DNA of 64,000 bases, taken from an uncultured Planctomycetia bacterium (GTDB taxonomy: Bacteria > Omnitrophota > Gorgyraeia > Gorgyraeales > Gorgyraeaceae). The position numbers and the translations under genes are program-made. The DNA lies in assembly GCA_964566255.1 (NCBI GenBank), contig CAZMID010000001.1, forward strand, positions 83,152 to 147,151, read 5' to 3'. Under the pieces are notes generated by a model. The model was not told where the DNA came from and searched no databases. It saw only the letters and a program-made list of their open reading frames with translations. Each line of letters starts with the position of its first letter. The stretch's first letter is position 1. This document shows positions 10,001 through 19,514 of the stretch, piece by piece.

Positions 10001-10181
10001 AGATCCCTTTCTAGTTCCCATGGCCCTTTCCATATGCTGGGGGATCGCCTTTGCAACAATGCTCACGCTTATCGTAATCCCATGTATCTATTCTATCGTA
10101 GATGACATAGCACTAAAATTAACAAAGCATTCAAGCATGATCGATAGTGTCACATTGAATAATCACGATAGCGTGAAATAA
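7035..10181 (+). CDS. RND efflux permease (AcrB/AcrD/AcrF family)
   Basis: 1048 aa, two large periplasmic loops, GMLVDDGIIVAEN, GIVVNDSIVLVD and RLRPVLLTTITT motifs. Confidence 0.95.
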   Translation: MSLPRFSVNQSLFVNLISVIIIIIGLIVVFGMNREIFPNVDFDVVSVSTIYPGATPLDVEKLITVPIEKELKEVDGIKEIRSSSSQGASFITIELDPDEKDKKKIINDIKSAVDRVKDLPRDINEDPIVIEISTKQYPVIEVSLSGDMTEAKLQAYADALEDQLEDAYGVAKIEKSGYRDREIQVHVDPKKMRDKYVSFDEIEEALSSRNVSIPAGEINTKNTEYSIRTTGEFSTAKEVENIIIRANDVGNWLRIKDVAEVKDSFKKEDIIYKTLGTRSINLLVKKKGSGDAIRIVDEIKKVCDQFLENCPDKLEISYVNDYSFFARRRLNVLKNNGWASLILITIAMLLFLQRRVAFMTILGIPIAFLATFVIMNMMGITINLISMFGLIIVLGMLVDDGIIVAENSYRYLEEGLPPRKAAIKGTEEVMRAVTTAVFTTIAAFSPLLFMTGIIGKFIRNIPTVLIIALLASLGEALIILPSHLTDFVKMKYDSQGKPMGLVKDMPWFKAIVRFYGKIVTGAIRRKYKVVAGFTLILLVCAFLAFNVIKFILFPPAGINFFFIRAEAPIGTPLEKTNELILPVEKIVSKIPKEDMDTFVTSVGEISEDRHDPFAGQASHLVQTTVYLPPEADRKRNADDIIDDIREDIEKVKGFTDIRFDRAESGPPVGKAVEAKIRGENFETLDVIAKEYMDYLKTIDGTTDIAWDHKPGKEEIRIKVDNDKATLSGLNVSRIAKTVRSVFEGSIATKIKPVKAEEETDVTVMFPEESSGDINIFKNILIRNKFGNLIPLKNVASIEKVPGTTTIHHLDGKRVVTASANVDTDKITSLKVNNLLEKKFKDISRKHMGYSVKYGGEHEESMDSLISLLKAFFYAFLIIYLILASSFKSLIQPLIIMLAIPFGLIGVVIAFLVHGLPLSFMAILGIVGLNGIVVNDSIVLVDFINKLRREGIDRRSSIIKAGQMRLRPVLLTTITTVGGLSTVAYGIGGKDPFLVPMALSICWGIAFATMLTLIVIPCIYSIVDDIALKLTKHSSMIDSVTLNNHDSVK

Positions 10182-10190
10182 GGTGGGAAT

Positions 10191-10598
10191 TTATTTAAAA
10201 TTATCTGAAATTGTATTTAATACTTCTTCCTCTACAAAAATAGGTGCCTTTGCTCGCATCGCTAGAGCAATACTGTCACTGGGTCTGGCATCTATTTCCT
10301 CCATCCTTGAATCTATCTGCAGGACCAACTTTGCAAAAAATGTATTATGCTGGAGCTTTGTAACGACGATTCTATCGATCTTGGCACCAAGCTGTTTTAA
10401 AACAATATGGAATAAATCGTGAGTCATTGGCCGAGGAGTAGATACCCCACTTACCTCCATCTTTATAGCAGTAACCTCCATTATTCCTATTACAATAGGT
10501 AAGAGCCTTTCGCCTTTTTTCTCCTTTAAGACAATAACCTGCTCTCCCCTATTCTCATCAATCCGAATTTTATTTAATTCCATCTCTACTATAGCCAT
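10191..10598 (-). CDS. Bifunctional nuclease family protein (DUF151)
   Basis: LPIVIG, RPMTHDL, IDARPSDSIALA motifs. Confidence 0.92.
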   Translation of the reverse strand: MAIVEMELNKIRIDENRGEQVIVLKEKKGERLLPIVIGIMEVTAIKMEVSGVSTPRPMTHDLFHIVLKQLGAKIDRIVVTKLQHNTFFAKLVLQIDSRMEEIDARPSDSIALAMRAKAPIFVEEEVLNTISDNFK

Positions 10599-10613
10599 AT
10601 CGAGTTCAGATTA

Positions 10614-11075
10614 TCACAGGCCTTTTATATTGTCAAGCAGCAAACCTTTGATTTTTTTTAAAGTCTCTTTTACCCCTTCACTTAAACCCTCCTGAAACTT
10701 ACTTGATGCAGGTTTTATACCTAATATATAAATTTCAGCATTTGTAGACGAGGCTAAGTACTCTATTAAAAGTTTTGGAGACACATCGTGCGTAGAAATC
10801 TTGCCTGTCCTCAGGTCTTCACTCTTAAAAAGTCTTATTTCCCCTGATTTTCCTTCAAACTCTACAGCATCTATTATAACAATAGTGTCTGGATTAAGTC
10901 TTTTTATAACACCTGTATAATTTTCAGGTGTAGTACCTGCATCTATAACCTCATATGGAACTTTATCCTTTATAGAGCTAGCTAAAAGAGGTCCTACTCC
11001 ATCATCACCTCTATCTATATTACCCAAACAAAGTAAAACTACTTTTCCTTTTAGGATATCTTTTAAATTTAACAT
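10614..11075 (-). CDS. hycI: Hydrogenase maturation endopeptidase (HycI-like)
   Basis: LGNIDRGDDGVG, GTTPEN, IIDAV, STHD motifs. Confidence 0.88.
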   Translation of the reverse strand: MLNLKDILKGKVVLLCLGNIDRGDDGVGPLLASSIKDKVPYEVIDAGTTPENYTGVIKRLNPDTIVIIDAVEFEGKSGEIRLFKSEDLRTGKISTHDVSPKLLIEYLASSTNAEIYILGIKPASSKFQEGLSEGVKETLKKIKGLLLDNIKGL

Positions 11076-11091
11076 AAAAATTTCGGGAAAA

Positions 11092-11691
11092 TTATGTATT
11101 GAGTGTAATCTCTCTCCTACATTTCGGACAGAGCACTTTTATACGATCCTGGCGAGTAAGTTCATCGGATTTTTCAACTTTAAGGTGTGCTAATTTTAGG
11201 TCTTTTAATGCTGATAGATATGAAGTAGGGCTTGAATACGCAAGTGGCCCGAGCTTTTTTGAAATCCACTTTAAATGGTCTTTGGCGCCGACTATACATC
11301 CGCAGCCTTCGCACAAGAGAAGTTCCTTTTCAACAGACTCTATAGCTTCATTCCTATCAAATACAGCCAAATCAAATTTATCAGATAATTTTATGCCTTC
11401 TTGAGTAATACAGGCTGCCTGACACTGTCCGCAGAATATACAACTATCTAAATGTAAATCTAATTTTCTTAGAGGGATCTCAGCCTCTGGAATATCCTTA
11501 GTCTTTATGCAGCCTGGCGGACAAACTTCACTGCAGGCATTGCATCCTACGCAGCCATCTTTATCATATTCTGGTTTGCCCCTGAAGCTCTTCTCAGGCA
11601 CATGAGGCTTAAAAGGAAAACTCGATGTATAAGGTCCTTTAATAACCGCTGTTATTGCCTCAACTAATTCTCGTAATTTTGGATATCTCAT
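11092..11691 (-). CDS. Hydrogenase 2x[4Fe-4S] subunit (NuoI/HycF/MbhN-like) with extra C-terminal Cys motifs
   Basis: FRGKP, CVGCNACSEVCP, CIFCGQCQAAC; additional CEGCG and CPKC. Confidence 0.88.
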   Translation of the reverse strand: MRYPKLRELVEAITAVIKGPYTSSFPFKPHVPEKSFRGKPEYDKDGCVGCNACSEVCPPGCIKTKDIPEAEIPLRKLDLHLDSCIFCGQCQAACITQEGIKLSDKFDLAVFDRNEAIESVEKELLLCEGCGCIVGAKDHLKWISKKLGPLAYSSPTSYLSALKDLKLAHLKVEKSDELTRQDRIKVLCPKCRREITLNT

Positions 11692-11696
11692 TTTAA

Positions 11697-12026
11697 TTAA
11701 TTCCCGTCTTCAGCGTATCTATCTACAACACTCTTATCCCACAGCTTCACATCTGACTTATGAGCGCCTCTTGCAAGGGCATGGGCTGAAACAGGAGAAG
11801 TTAATATCAAAAATAACATACAAACCATGGCCTTTATACCTAAGGCAGTAAATCCGTACATAAGAAAAACACCAAATAAAATACTACATGTCCCCAGAGT
11901 TATACACTTTGTAGCTGCCTGAAGTCGGTTATAGACATCTGGAAGTCTTACTAGACCCAGGCATCCCATAAAATCAAAGAAAAGCCCAATAGATATAAAA
12001 ATTATGGCTACTGTATCAATCATCAA
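11697..12026 (-). CDS. mrpG: Mrp antiporter-like subunit G (MbhC-like)
   Basis: GLVRLPDVYNRLQAATK, LTSPVSAHALARGA. Confidence 0.9.
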   Translation of the reverse strand: MMIDTVAIIFISIGLFFDFMGCLGLVRLPDVYNRLQAATKCITLGTCSILFGVFLMYGFTALGIKAMVCMLFLILTSPVSAHALARGAHKSDVKLWDKSVVDRYAEDGN

Positions 12027-12390
12027 AAGCCTTCCCCTCTAAAAATTTGGCAAGTGCAAGCGTTGCTATAAAACTCTGAAGTGCCCAGGCAATTGCTATA
12101 TCAATATACCAGCTCCTCCCAGTAGAAATCCCCATGATAGCACAAAAACCAACAATTAAAATACCTAACATATCAATAGTAACAGCTCTATCTGCAGAAG
12201 TAGGACCTCTTAAAATCCTATATAGACATAATATGGAGGAAAATAAAAGTACAAAAAATGCCCTCTTCAAAAAACCTATAAAAGGTAAATCCTGACAGAA
12301 AAGAATCGGTATGGGCTTAAATAATATTATAGCCATAATAGCTATAATCACACCTACGCCTAACATATAACGAAATCTAGATCTTTTCAT
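12016..12390 (-). CDS. mrpF: Mrp antiporter-like subunit F (MbhB-like)
   Basis: RILRGPTSADRAVTID, FIATLALAKFLEG. Confidence 0.88.
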   Translation of the reverse strand: MKRSRFRYMLGVGVIIAIMAIILFKPIPILFCQDLPFIGFLKRAFFVLLFSSILCLYRILRGPTSADRAVTIDMLGILIVGFCAIMGISTGRSWYIDIAIAWALQSFIATLALAKFLEGKAFDD

Positions 12391-12884
12391 TATTCAAATA
12401 TCCTCTTTAAAATATTCTGAAATCTATCTACTATCAACTTTGTTGCCTTATCAATATCTTTATTTTTTACCTCGATCCAATGAATATATAAAACCCCTTC
12501 TTCCTTATCCACATCTACTGTCAATGTCCCAGGTGTAAGGGTAATAGAATTTGCTAAAAATGTGAGGGCTGTATCTGATTTTAAAGTGGTCTTTACCTTC
12601 ACTATGCCAGGGTGTATTGGTAAATCAGGATGAAGAACTCTATACGCTACATCAATATTTGCCTTAAAACACTCCCATATAAATATAGGTATATAATATA
12701 AAAACCACAAATATCTCTCAATATGCGTAAAAAGATGCGCCCTTTTTACAAAAAGGTCTCCTGTCATATGGGCGACAAAGGCTGAGACAAAAACACCTAC
12801 AACTATATGCTGCCAATCAGGCACCCAGTTCAACAAGCTCCAGACCAAAAATCCTAATAAAAATAACAAGATCTTACTTTTCAT
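12390..12884 (-). CDS. mrpE: Mrp antiporter-like subunit E (MbhA-like)
   Basis: ANIDVAYRVL, LANSITLTPGTLTVD, LYIHWI. Confidence 0.92.
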   Translation of the reverse strand: MKSKILLFLLGFLVWSLLNWVPDWQHIVVGVFVSAFVAHMTGDLFVKRAHLFTHIERYLWFLYYIPIFIWECFKANIDVAYRVLHPDLPIHPGIVKVKTTLKSDTALTFLANSITLTPGTLTVDVDKEEGVLYIHWIEVKNKDIDKATKLIVDRFQNILKRIFE

Positions 12885-14380
12885 TTTATAGCTCCGAAAA
12901 TAACACCTGCATATTCTTTCCCGATCAATACTGCGTCTCTAGCAACTTTAAGAAAATCATCAGAAATCGCGGGCATTAAAAGAAGTCCACCTATTAAACA
13001 AATAAGTGCCAAAGTAATCATTGAAAACTTCATAAAAAACGGGACTTCCTTTATATGCTTTAAATTCTCTTTTAGCTCTCCGAAAAAGGCGAGCCTTTGG
13101 ACCTTCATAAAATATGCCAAAGTCAAGATACTCGCTACAACTGCCCAAACAGCATACGCAAAATGCTGTGCCTGGATACATGCGACTATGATAATCAATT
13201 TACTCCAGAAGCCATTAAAAGGCGGTACACCTGCAATAGCCATAGACCCTATAAGCGAGGTATTGGCTGTTATAGACATCTTCTCCCTAAGTCCACCCAA
13301 CTTGTCTAAATCCCTTATCCCTGTAGAATACTCCACTGCACCAGAATTCAAAAATAACAAAGACTTAAACACAGAATGATTTAATAGATGTAAAAGGCCT
13401 CCCATAATGCCAAGAGGTGTGCCTAAGCCAATCCCAAGTATAATATAACCAACCTGACTTATAGAGCTATAAGCCAAAAGTCTCTTAAAATCCTTTTGTC
13501 CAAGCGCAAGGCATACCCCTATAATCATCGACAAGGCCCCTAAGGCCATCAATGCACCCAAAATCTTTGGGTTTGGACCCAAGACACTAAAAAATATCCT
13601 TATCATTGCGTAGGCACCAAGGGATTTTATAAGAAGACCTGAAAGCATTGCTGAAATCGGCGCAGGCGCAGATGGATGTGCATCTGGAAGCCATGCATGA
13701 AAAGGAACAAGTGCTGTTTTTAACCCAAAACCCATGAGGAATAAAACGCTAACAAGTAATATTATACGAGGAGTCTCTCCTTTAGCTAATTCCAATGACA
13801 TATCAGCCATGTTCAAGGTAGAAGTAAAGCTATATAAAAACACTATCCCTAATAAAATAAATGAAGAGGCCAACGTCCCCATCACAGCATATTTAAAAGA
13901 CGCCTCAAGCTCTTCATGTTCTGTACCAAATGCAACTAATGCATAACTTGAAATAGCAGCTATCTCAAGGAATACATACAGATTAAACATGTCTCCAGAT
14001 ATCACAACCCCATTCATGCCAGCAATCATCAAAAGAAATAGGCAATAAAAATTCCATTTCTCAGTATATCTCTCCATATAATTTATAGAGTAAATGCTAA
14101 TCAAAAATGCGATTGTATTTATTACAACCAGCATAAATATAGTCAATCCATCCATAACCATTGAAATGCCTATAGGAGGTATCCATCCACCAACTTTATA
14201 TACGATAATGCCTATCTGTCTAAATAGGATCACAGAGTATACTGAAAGTGCTGCCAGAGAAAATGTGGCGATACCAGATAATATATCTGAAAAAGACTTT
14301 ATCTTTTTCCCAAGGAGCGAATTTAAAAACGCAGCCCCTAATGGTATAGCAACAAATAATGGCAATAGATTATGATTCAT
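12881..14380 (-). CDS. mrpD: Proton-conducting membrane subunit, MrpD/MbhH-like
   Basis: GDMFNLYVFLEI, PFHAWLPDAHPSAPAPISAMLSG, KRLLAYSSISQVGY. Confidence 0.9.
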   Translation of the reverse strand: MNHNLLPLFVAIPLGAAFLNSLLGKKIKSFSDILSGIATFSLAALSVYSVILFRQIGIIVYKVGGWIPPIGISMVMDGLTIFMLVVINTIAFLISIYSINYMERYTEKWNFYCLFLLMIAGMNGVVISGDMFNLYVFLEIAAISSYALVAFGTEHEELEASFKYAVMGTLASSFILLGIVFLYSFTSTLNMADMSLELAKGETPRIILLVSVLFLMGFGLKTALVPFHAWLPDAHPSAPAPISAMLSGLLIKSLGAYAMIRIFFSVLGPNPKILGALMALGALSMIIGVCLALGQKDFKRLLAYSSISQVGYIILGIGLGTPLGIMGGLLHLLNHSVFKSLLFLNSGAVEYSTGIRDLDKLGGLREKMSITANTSLIGSMAIAGVPPFNGFWSKLIIIVACIQAQHFAYAVWAVVASILTLAYFMKVQRLAFFGELKENLKHIKEVPFFMKFSMITLALICLIGGLLLMPAISDDFLKVARDAVLIGKEYAGVIFGAIK

Positions 14381-14383
14381 AAA

Positions 14384-14722
14384 TCAACCTTTTAACTTAC
14401 GTATCTTTGTAATATCAAATGTCTTGTATTTTTCATAAACCCTTATAGCAATAGCTGCTATTAATGCAGTAACTGCAAGACCAATGACTATAGCAGTCAA
14501 AACAAGCGCCTGCGGCAAGGGATCCACCATATCAAGGACTAACTGGTCCTGGGAATGTATTGGAGAACGGCCATTCATCTTATAACCTACCAACACAAAA
14601 AAGAGATTCACTGCATATTCAACTATGGCTATACCTATAATAATCTTTATTAGGTTGCGCTTCCTAAGTATGCAATAAAGTCCTATAGAAAAAAGTACAA
14701 GGCATAGAAAATAAACACTCAT
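14384..14722 (-). CDS. mrpC: Mrp antiporter-like subunit C (MbhG-like)
   Basis: DPLPQALVLTAIVIG motif. Confidence 0.92.
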   Translation of the reverse strand: MSVYFLCLVLFSIGLYCILRKRNLIKIIIGIAIVEYAVNLFFVLVGYKMNGRSPIHSQDQLVLDMVDPLPQALVLTAIVIGLAVTALIAAIAIRVYEKYKTFDITKIRKLKG

Positions 14723-15177
14723 TTTTTATCGCCATCCTTTTTATTTATCTTAAATAGTACGAGTATAACAAATATAATAAAAAGACCTGAAGCTACCTTA
14801 AGGCTTATCGCTATATTATATAAAGGAATAAGGCCTGAACTGAAAAGATTGAACGGTTCTCCCTTTGGCATAAAATTCAAAAAGAAATACCCAGTTAGAA
14901 TACCAAGAACTGCTAATGTAATAAAAATAAGTGCGCCCAAACTTTCAAACAAAGATGCAACATTTAAACTTACTTTTTTAAGTGCTACGTCTTTTCCAAA
15001 GGCAAGCATTATATGAATAAAAGAAAGCGCAACGATTACCCCTCCTGCAAAACCTCCACCAGGACTAACATGGCCATGTCCGATAATATAGATACCAAAC
15101 AGAAATATCAGCCCTACTGTTAAGCGTGTAATCGTCTTTACTATTAAACTCATTCCATTCTGGGCTTCTCTCATCAA
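14719..15177 (-). CDS. mrpB: Mrp antiporter-like subunit B (MbhF-like)
   Basis: GHVSPGGGFAGG motif. Confidence 0.9.
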   Translation of the reverse strand: MMREAQNGMSLIVKTITRLTVGLIFLFGIYIIGHGHVSPGGGFAGGVIVALSFIHIMLAFGKDVALKKVSLNVASLFESLGALIFITLAVLGILTGYFFLNFMPKGEPFNLFSSGLIPLYNIAISLKVASGLFIIFVILVLFKINKKDGDKK

Positions 15178-15695
15178 TCCTTCTTCCTTCCGACCCTTCT
15201 CATAACTGCTAAAACACCTATTGCAGCTGTAAACAATATGGTCGCCTCTCCTAATGTATCATATGCCCTATAATCTAAAACAACAGATGCAACTAAATTA
15301 GCTGAACCCGTCTTATCAAGGCCGTGGCTTAAAAAGTTCTGTGCTACTCTCATTATCGGCTCTCCAAATTGAGGCAGATCCTTCATGCAAAAATATCCAA
15401 AACCTAAAAATATAGCAAGGAATAAAAACGTTATAAACGTATTAAAAAACCATCTTCCGCTCGTAGAAAACGGTAGATCCCTTCTGATAGTAGCCCTTAT
15501 CAATATTATCACGCATAATATTTCGACCACGAGCTGAGCAATTGCTAAATCAGGTGCCTTGAGGATCAAAAACGCAAGTGATAGCCCAAGACCGGCTGTA
15601 CCCACTGCTATAACCGAGGAAAGTAGATCCTTTGATGCCACTGCGATTATTGCGCCTATAATTATAAATACTAGGAGTATCTGTAGTTCAAGCAT
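15174..15695 (-). CDS. MbhD/MbhE-like fusion (MrpA C-terminal DUF4040 plus MrpB N-terminal parts)
   Basis: LKAPDLAIAQLVVE and NLVASVVLDYRAYDTLGE motifs in one chain. Confidence 0.85.
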   Translation of the reverse strand: MLELQILLVFIIIGAIIAVASKDLLSSVIAVGTAGLGLSLAFLILKAPDLAIAQLVVEILCVIILIRATIRRDLPFSTSGRWFFNTFITFLFLAIFLGFGYFCMKDLPQFGEPIMRVAQNFLSHGLDKTGSANLVASVVLDYRAYDTLGEATILFTAAIGVLAVMRRVGRKKD

Positions 15696-15702
15696 GCTTC
15701 AA

Positions 15703-17481
15703 TTACCTCACTATCGTAAAAAGAAATACTATCATCCCTAACAAACACCACACAAGATACGTCGGCAATATCCCATTGTGCAAATACTGGAATATACGGA
15801 TAAAGAAAAATACTATTCTTCTAGTTTGATCATAAATATCAAAGGCCTTTCTTTCGGCCCTTAAATAAAGTCCCTTTATTAATGGCATTTCTTTTATTGT
15901 GTTGTAAAATTCTGTACCTGAGAGCTTCATGTCTTTTGCAAGCTCTTCTCCTCCTATATAAGAATCAGTCTCTCTTACGCCCTTAAAATTACCCAATAAG
16001 TATATCAAGATTCCTACCAAAATCCCTATACCTAAGAATAACGTAGCCTGCGAAGATGGCCAGATACCAATAAACCTTAAACTACCTTGCAAGGCTGGGA
16101 TTATAAAATGCCTTAAAGGAATGTGATACGCAAATATCCCAAAGATAATACAAAGGCCTGCTAAGACTACAGGGCCAAGCCACATAGTCCACGATACTTC
16201 ATTTCGCTTTTCGTCTTTTGACTTACCTAAAAATATTGCATGCATAAATTTTATAAAGGATGCTAATGTTAGGGCGCTGCCAATGACAGCGGCTACTATG
16301 CAAAATATCCAAAGTGTACCACCTGATCTACCTTTTTCTATCAAGCCCTGATATACCATCCATTTTGAGAAAAATCCATTAAAAGGCGGAACGCCCGATA
16401 TAGATAAGGCTGCTATAAGCGCGGAGAAAAAACTTATTGGCATTACCTTTGCCAATCCGCCTAAAGAATCTAGATCTGATGTTTTAGACTTATATTGAAC
16501 ATTGCCCCCTGTAAGAAATAGGCAACATTTATATATTGCATTATTAAGCATATGAAAAAGTCCACCTGCAATACCTATGACACTTCCAGTGCCTAATCCA
16601 AGCACCATATAACCAACTTGACTTACTGCATGATAACCAAGAAGTTTTTTAAAATCATGCTGCACAAGCGCCATCATAACTGCTGCTACTATAGTAACAG
16701 CACCCACTACCATAAGAAGTGCATAAGTAAAATTATCCAATATAAAAATATTCAACACCAATCTTGCCAATAGATAAATACCAAGTAATTTATCAAGTGA
16801 GGCTGGTAAAAATGCAGTCACAGGTATATGGGCCTCTTTTGCTGTATCAGGTATCCATGTATGAAAAGGCATTGCACCTGCCTTTGCAAAAGCACCTATT
16901 GCTATCAATAAAAATGCCCAGAAGGACAAACTATTATTTATAGGTATCTCCAACTCGCTTAAACTTAAAGATCTTGTCATAAGCCATATAATCGCAAAAC
17001 CCAATATCATAAGACTGTCAGAGCCACCTATTATAATAAAGGTCTTTTTACTTATTGCAGCTGATCGAGGTCCTGCTACATTGATCAACATATAAAGCGT
17101 AAACCCTAAAAACCCCCATGCAACCAGAAGGATCATGATATTATTTGAAACTGCTGCTAAAATAGAAAAACCAATAGTCCATATAATATTAGCATAATAT
17201 GATCGTATTTCTTCACATGAAGCCATAAAACGTATTGAATATAAGCTAACTATCACCCCAAAGAACCCTACTCCCAGCACGATAAACCTGGAAAGACCAT
17301 CTACATATAAAAATTTTCCAAAGATTGGGGCCTGGATAAAGATTTTTATCGACGCTATAAAAAGGTATATGGCAGTGATAAGGCTGACGCCTTCTATTAC
17401 CTTCCTAAACTTCTTTGGAATAAGAAGGATAAAAGTCCCTATAATTATTGAAAGTATTATTGGTCTTAACAGTGTTTCCAT
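15703..17481 (-). CDS. Proton-conducting membrane subunit (NuoL/MrpA/HyfB-like)
   Basis: KAGAMPFHTWIPD, KKLLGYHAVSQVGY, ISGVPPFNGFFSKW, C-terminal lateral-helix region LHNG. Confidence 0.88.
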   Translation of the reverse strand: METLLRPIILSIIIGTFILLIPKKFRKVIEGVSLITAIYLFIASIKIFIQAPIFGKFLYVDGLSRFIVLGVGFFGVIVSLYSIRFMASCEEIRSYYANIIWTIGFSILAAVSNNIMILLVAWGFLGFTLYMLINVAGPRSAAISKKTFIIIGGSDSLMILGFAIIWLMTRSLSLSELEIPINNSLSFWAFLLIAIGAFAKAGAMPFHTWIPDTAKEAHIPVTAFLPASLDKLLGIYLLARLVLNIFILDNFTYALLMVVGAVTIVAAVMMALVQHDFKKLLGYHAVSQVGYMVLGLGTGSVIGIAGGLFHMLNNAIYKCCLFLTGGNVQYKSKTSDLDSLGGLAKVMPISFFSALIAALSISGVPPFNGFFSKWMVYQGLIEKGRSGGTLWIFCIVAAVIGSALTLASFIKFMHAIFLGKSKDEKRNEVSWTMWLGPVVLAGLCIIFGIFAYHIPLRHFIIPALQGSLRFIGIWPSSQATLFLGIGILVGILIYLLGNFKGVRETDSYIGGEELAKDMKLSGTEFYNTIKEMPLIKGLYLRAERKAFDIYDQTRRIVFFFIRIFQYLHNGILPTYLVWCLLGMIVFLFTIVR

Positions 17482-18653
17482 TTTCTTCTCAACTTTTCTG
17501 TTTTTTCCTGCGAAAGTCGTATTAGATCATGTCCATCCATAATCTTTCTACCATTATTACAATCTACAACTGCCATTCGTTCTGTACAACAGTAACACGG
17601 ATCCACTGCAGCTAAAATTATAGTAGCATCTGAAATGGTTTCACCTATTACAGCCTTTTTATTAGATGCGATATTCATGTAACTTGGAGCCCTTACCTTA
17701 TGCCTAGCAGGAGAATTGCTACCATCAGACATTATATAATGAAATACTTCTCCTCTTGGAGCTTCATGCCTACCAATGCCTTCTCCAACAGGCATATCCT
17801 TTATCTTTAAGTCGATTTCACCTTTTGGCATTGTATCAAGACACCTTAATATAATATTAGTAGATTCATAAAGTTCTAATATCCTTACAGCTGCCTTTGC
17901 AAAAACCCCTCCTCCTTCATTAGAAATCATCTTCCAGTCTATTTTATCGTATGCAGCATAAGGATCATCTTTTCTGACATCAATACCGACTCCTGAAGCC
18001 CTCGCTGTCGGACCCACAACAGAATAATCATGTACATCCTGTTTTGTTAATACTCCGACTCCTTTGGTCCTTGCATGTATCACAGGATCATCCATTACAG
18101 CACCCTTAAACATATCAAATTTAGGAATTAAATCTGTAAGGGTCTTTTTTATCCAGGGAATGTCTTCTTCTAAAATATCCCTTCTTACTCCACCTGGCTT
18201 AAACATAGCATAATGATTTCTATTTCCAGTAATTCTTTCAAATATATCAAGGACTGGTTCTCTATACCTCCATGCCCACATCCATACAGTATTATATCCT
18301 AAAAAGTGTCCTGCAAGGCCTAACCATAAAAGATGACTATGGACTCTTTCGAGCTCTCCTATTATTGTGCGGATATAAAGAGCTCTTTCAGGGACTTCAA
18401 CACCTAAAAGATCATCAATAGCATTTGTATAAGCAAAAGGGTGCGATGTAGAACAAATTCCACAGATCCTTTCAACTAAAAATGTTACTTGATCATAACT
18501 TTTGGATTCGGCTATTTTTTCAATAGCCCTATGATTATAGCCGATTTCAATATCTATATCGACGACAGTCTCACCATCTACGTGAAGCCTAAAAAATTCC
18601 GGCTCTTCCTGTAATGGATGATAAGGTCCTATTGGAATAATTTTATGTGCCAT
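17466..18653 (-). CDS. Group 4 [NiFe] hydrogenase large subunit (MbhL/HycE/EchE-like)
   Basis: L1 ERICGICS and L2 DPCYCCTER Ni-binding motifs both intact; C-terminal extension after the L2 Arg fits HycI-type processing; EAPRGE, KVRAPS. Confidence 0.93.
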   Translation of the reverse strand: MAHKIIPIGPYHPLQEEPEFFRLHVDGETVVDIDIEIGYNHRAIEKIAESKSYDQVTFLVERICGICSTSHPFAYTNAIDDLLGVEVPERALYIRTIIGELERVHSHLLWLGLAGHFLGYNTVWMWAWRYREPVLDIFERITGNRNHYAMFKPGGVRRDILEEDIPWIKKTLTDLIPKFDMFKGAVMDDPVIHARTKGVGVLTKQDVHDYSVVGPTARASGVGIDVRKDDPYAAYDKIDWKMISNEGGGVFAKAAVRILELYESTNIILRCLDTMPKGEIDLKIKDMPVGEGIGRHEAPRGEVFHYIMSDGSNSPARHKVRAPSYMNIASNKKAVIGETISDATIILAAVDPCYCCTERMAVVDCNNGRKIMDGHDLIRLSQEKTEKLRRKWKHC

Positions 18654-18657
18654 AATA

Positions 18658-19092
18658 TTATTGATCTCTCCTCAAAGGAAAATTACCTTCAGGCCAATCG
18701 TCTTTTAAAAGTAAATGCTTTGGATTTGGGTGGCCTCTAAATTTTACACCCAGAAGTTCGCGTATCTCCATTTCTATCCATTCTGCGCATTTCATTATAG
18801 AAGTAAGGCTATCTATTTCAAGGTTTGATTTGTCCAGAATAACCTTTAATGTAACTATAAGTCCGATATCATCTATTGAAAAGTGATAAAGTATCTCAAC
18901 TGCTTCTCTTGTATCCACTCCGGATGCTATTGAAAATCGTGCCTTTCTTTCATTAAAAAGATATCTCACTATTTTAGGAAGTATTTCTTTCTTAATCGTA
19001 ACATAAACCCTTCTTTTGGATTTATCTATAAGTTCCAGCATGTCTTTGCCGGCACGGACTTTTATATTTTCTATTATCTCTCGCCTCTTCAT
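18658..19092 (-). CDS. Hydrogenase subunit, NuoC/MbhK-like
   Basis: EILYHF, AEWIEMEIRELLGVKFRGHPNPKHLLL, WPEGNFPLRRD. Confidence 0.88.
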   Translation of the reverse strand: MKRREIIENIKVRAGKDMLELIDKSKRRVYVTIKKEILPKIVRYLFNERKARFSIASGVDTREAVEILYHFSIDDIGLIVTLKVILDKSNLEIDSLTSIMKCAEWIEMEIRELLGVKFRGHPNPKHLLLKDDWPEGNFPLRRDQ

Positions 19093-19514
19093 TTATTCCC
19101 TCTTAATTTACCAATCAACTTCACTATACCTAGTATCATTGCCTCTGGTTTTGGCGGGCAACCTGGTATATAAACATTTACCGGAAGAATAGAATCTACA
19201 GGATTTGGCGTATTTGGTCCATTTGCAAACATACCCTGACCACAAGAGCACGCTCCTATCGCAATAACAACGCATGGCTTTGGGGCCTGATCATAGATAG
19301 CCTTTACCCTAGGTATTGTCTTAAGGTTTAAGGCACCTGTTACAAGTATTGCATCAGCATGCTTTATGCTACCAACAAGCATTATCCCGAATCTTTCCAC
19401 GTCGAATCTCGGAGTCAGAAGATCCAGGATTTCTATATCGCAATTATTGCAACTACCTGTTGAAAGGTGGTAAACCCAGATAGATTTTGTTAATGCTTTT
19501 AATTTTAAGCTCAT
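19089..19514 (-). CDS. Group 4 hydrogenase small subunit (NuoB/MbhJ-like)
   Basis: GSCNNCDIE, FDVERFG, IGACSCG, IPGCPPKPE. Confidence 0.92.
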   Translation of the reverse strand: MSLKLKALTKSIWVYHLSTGSCNNCDIEILDLLTPRFDVERFGIMLVGSIKHADAILVTGALNLKTIPRVKAIYDQAPKPCVVIAIGACSCGQGMFANGPNTPNPVDSILPVNVYIPGCPPKPEAMILGIVKLIGKLRGNK

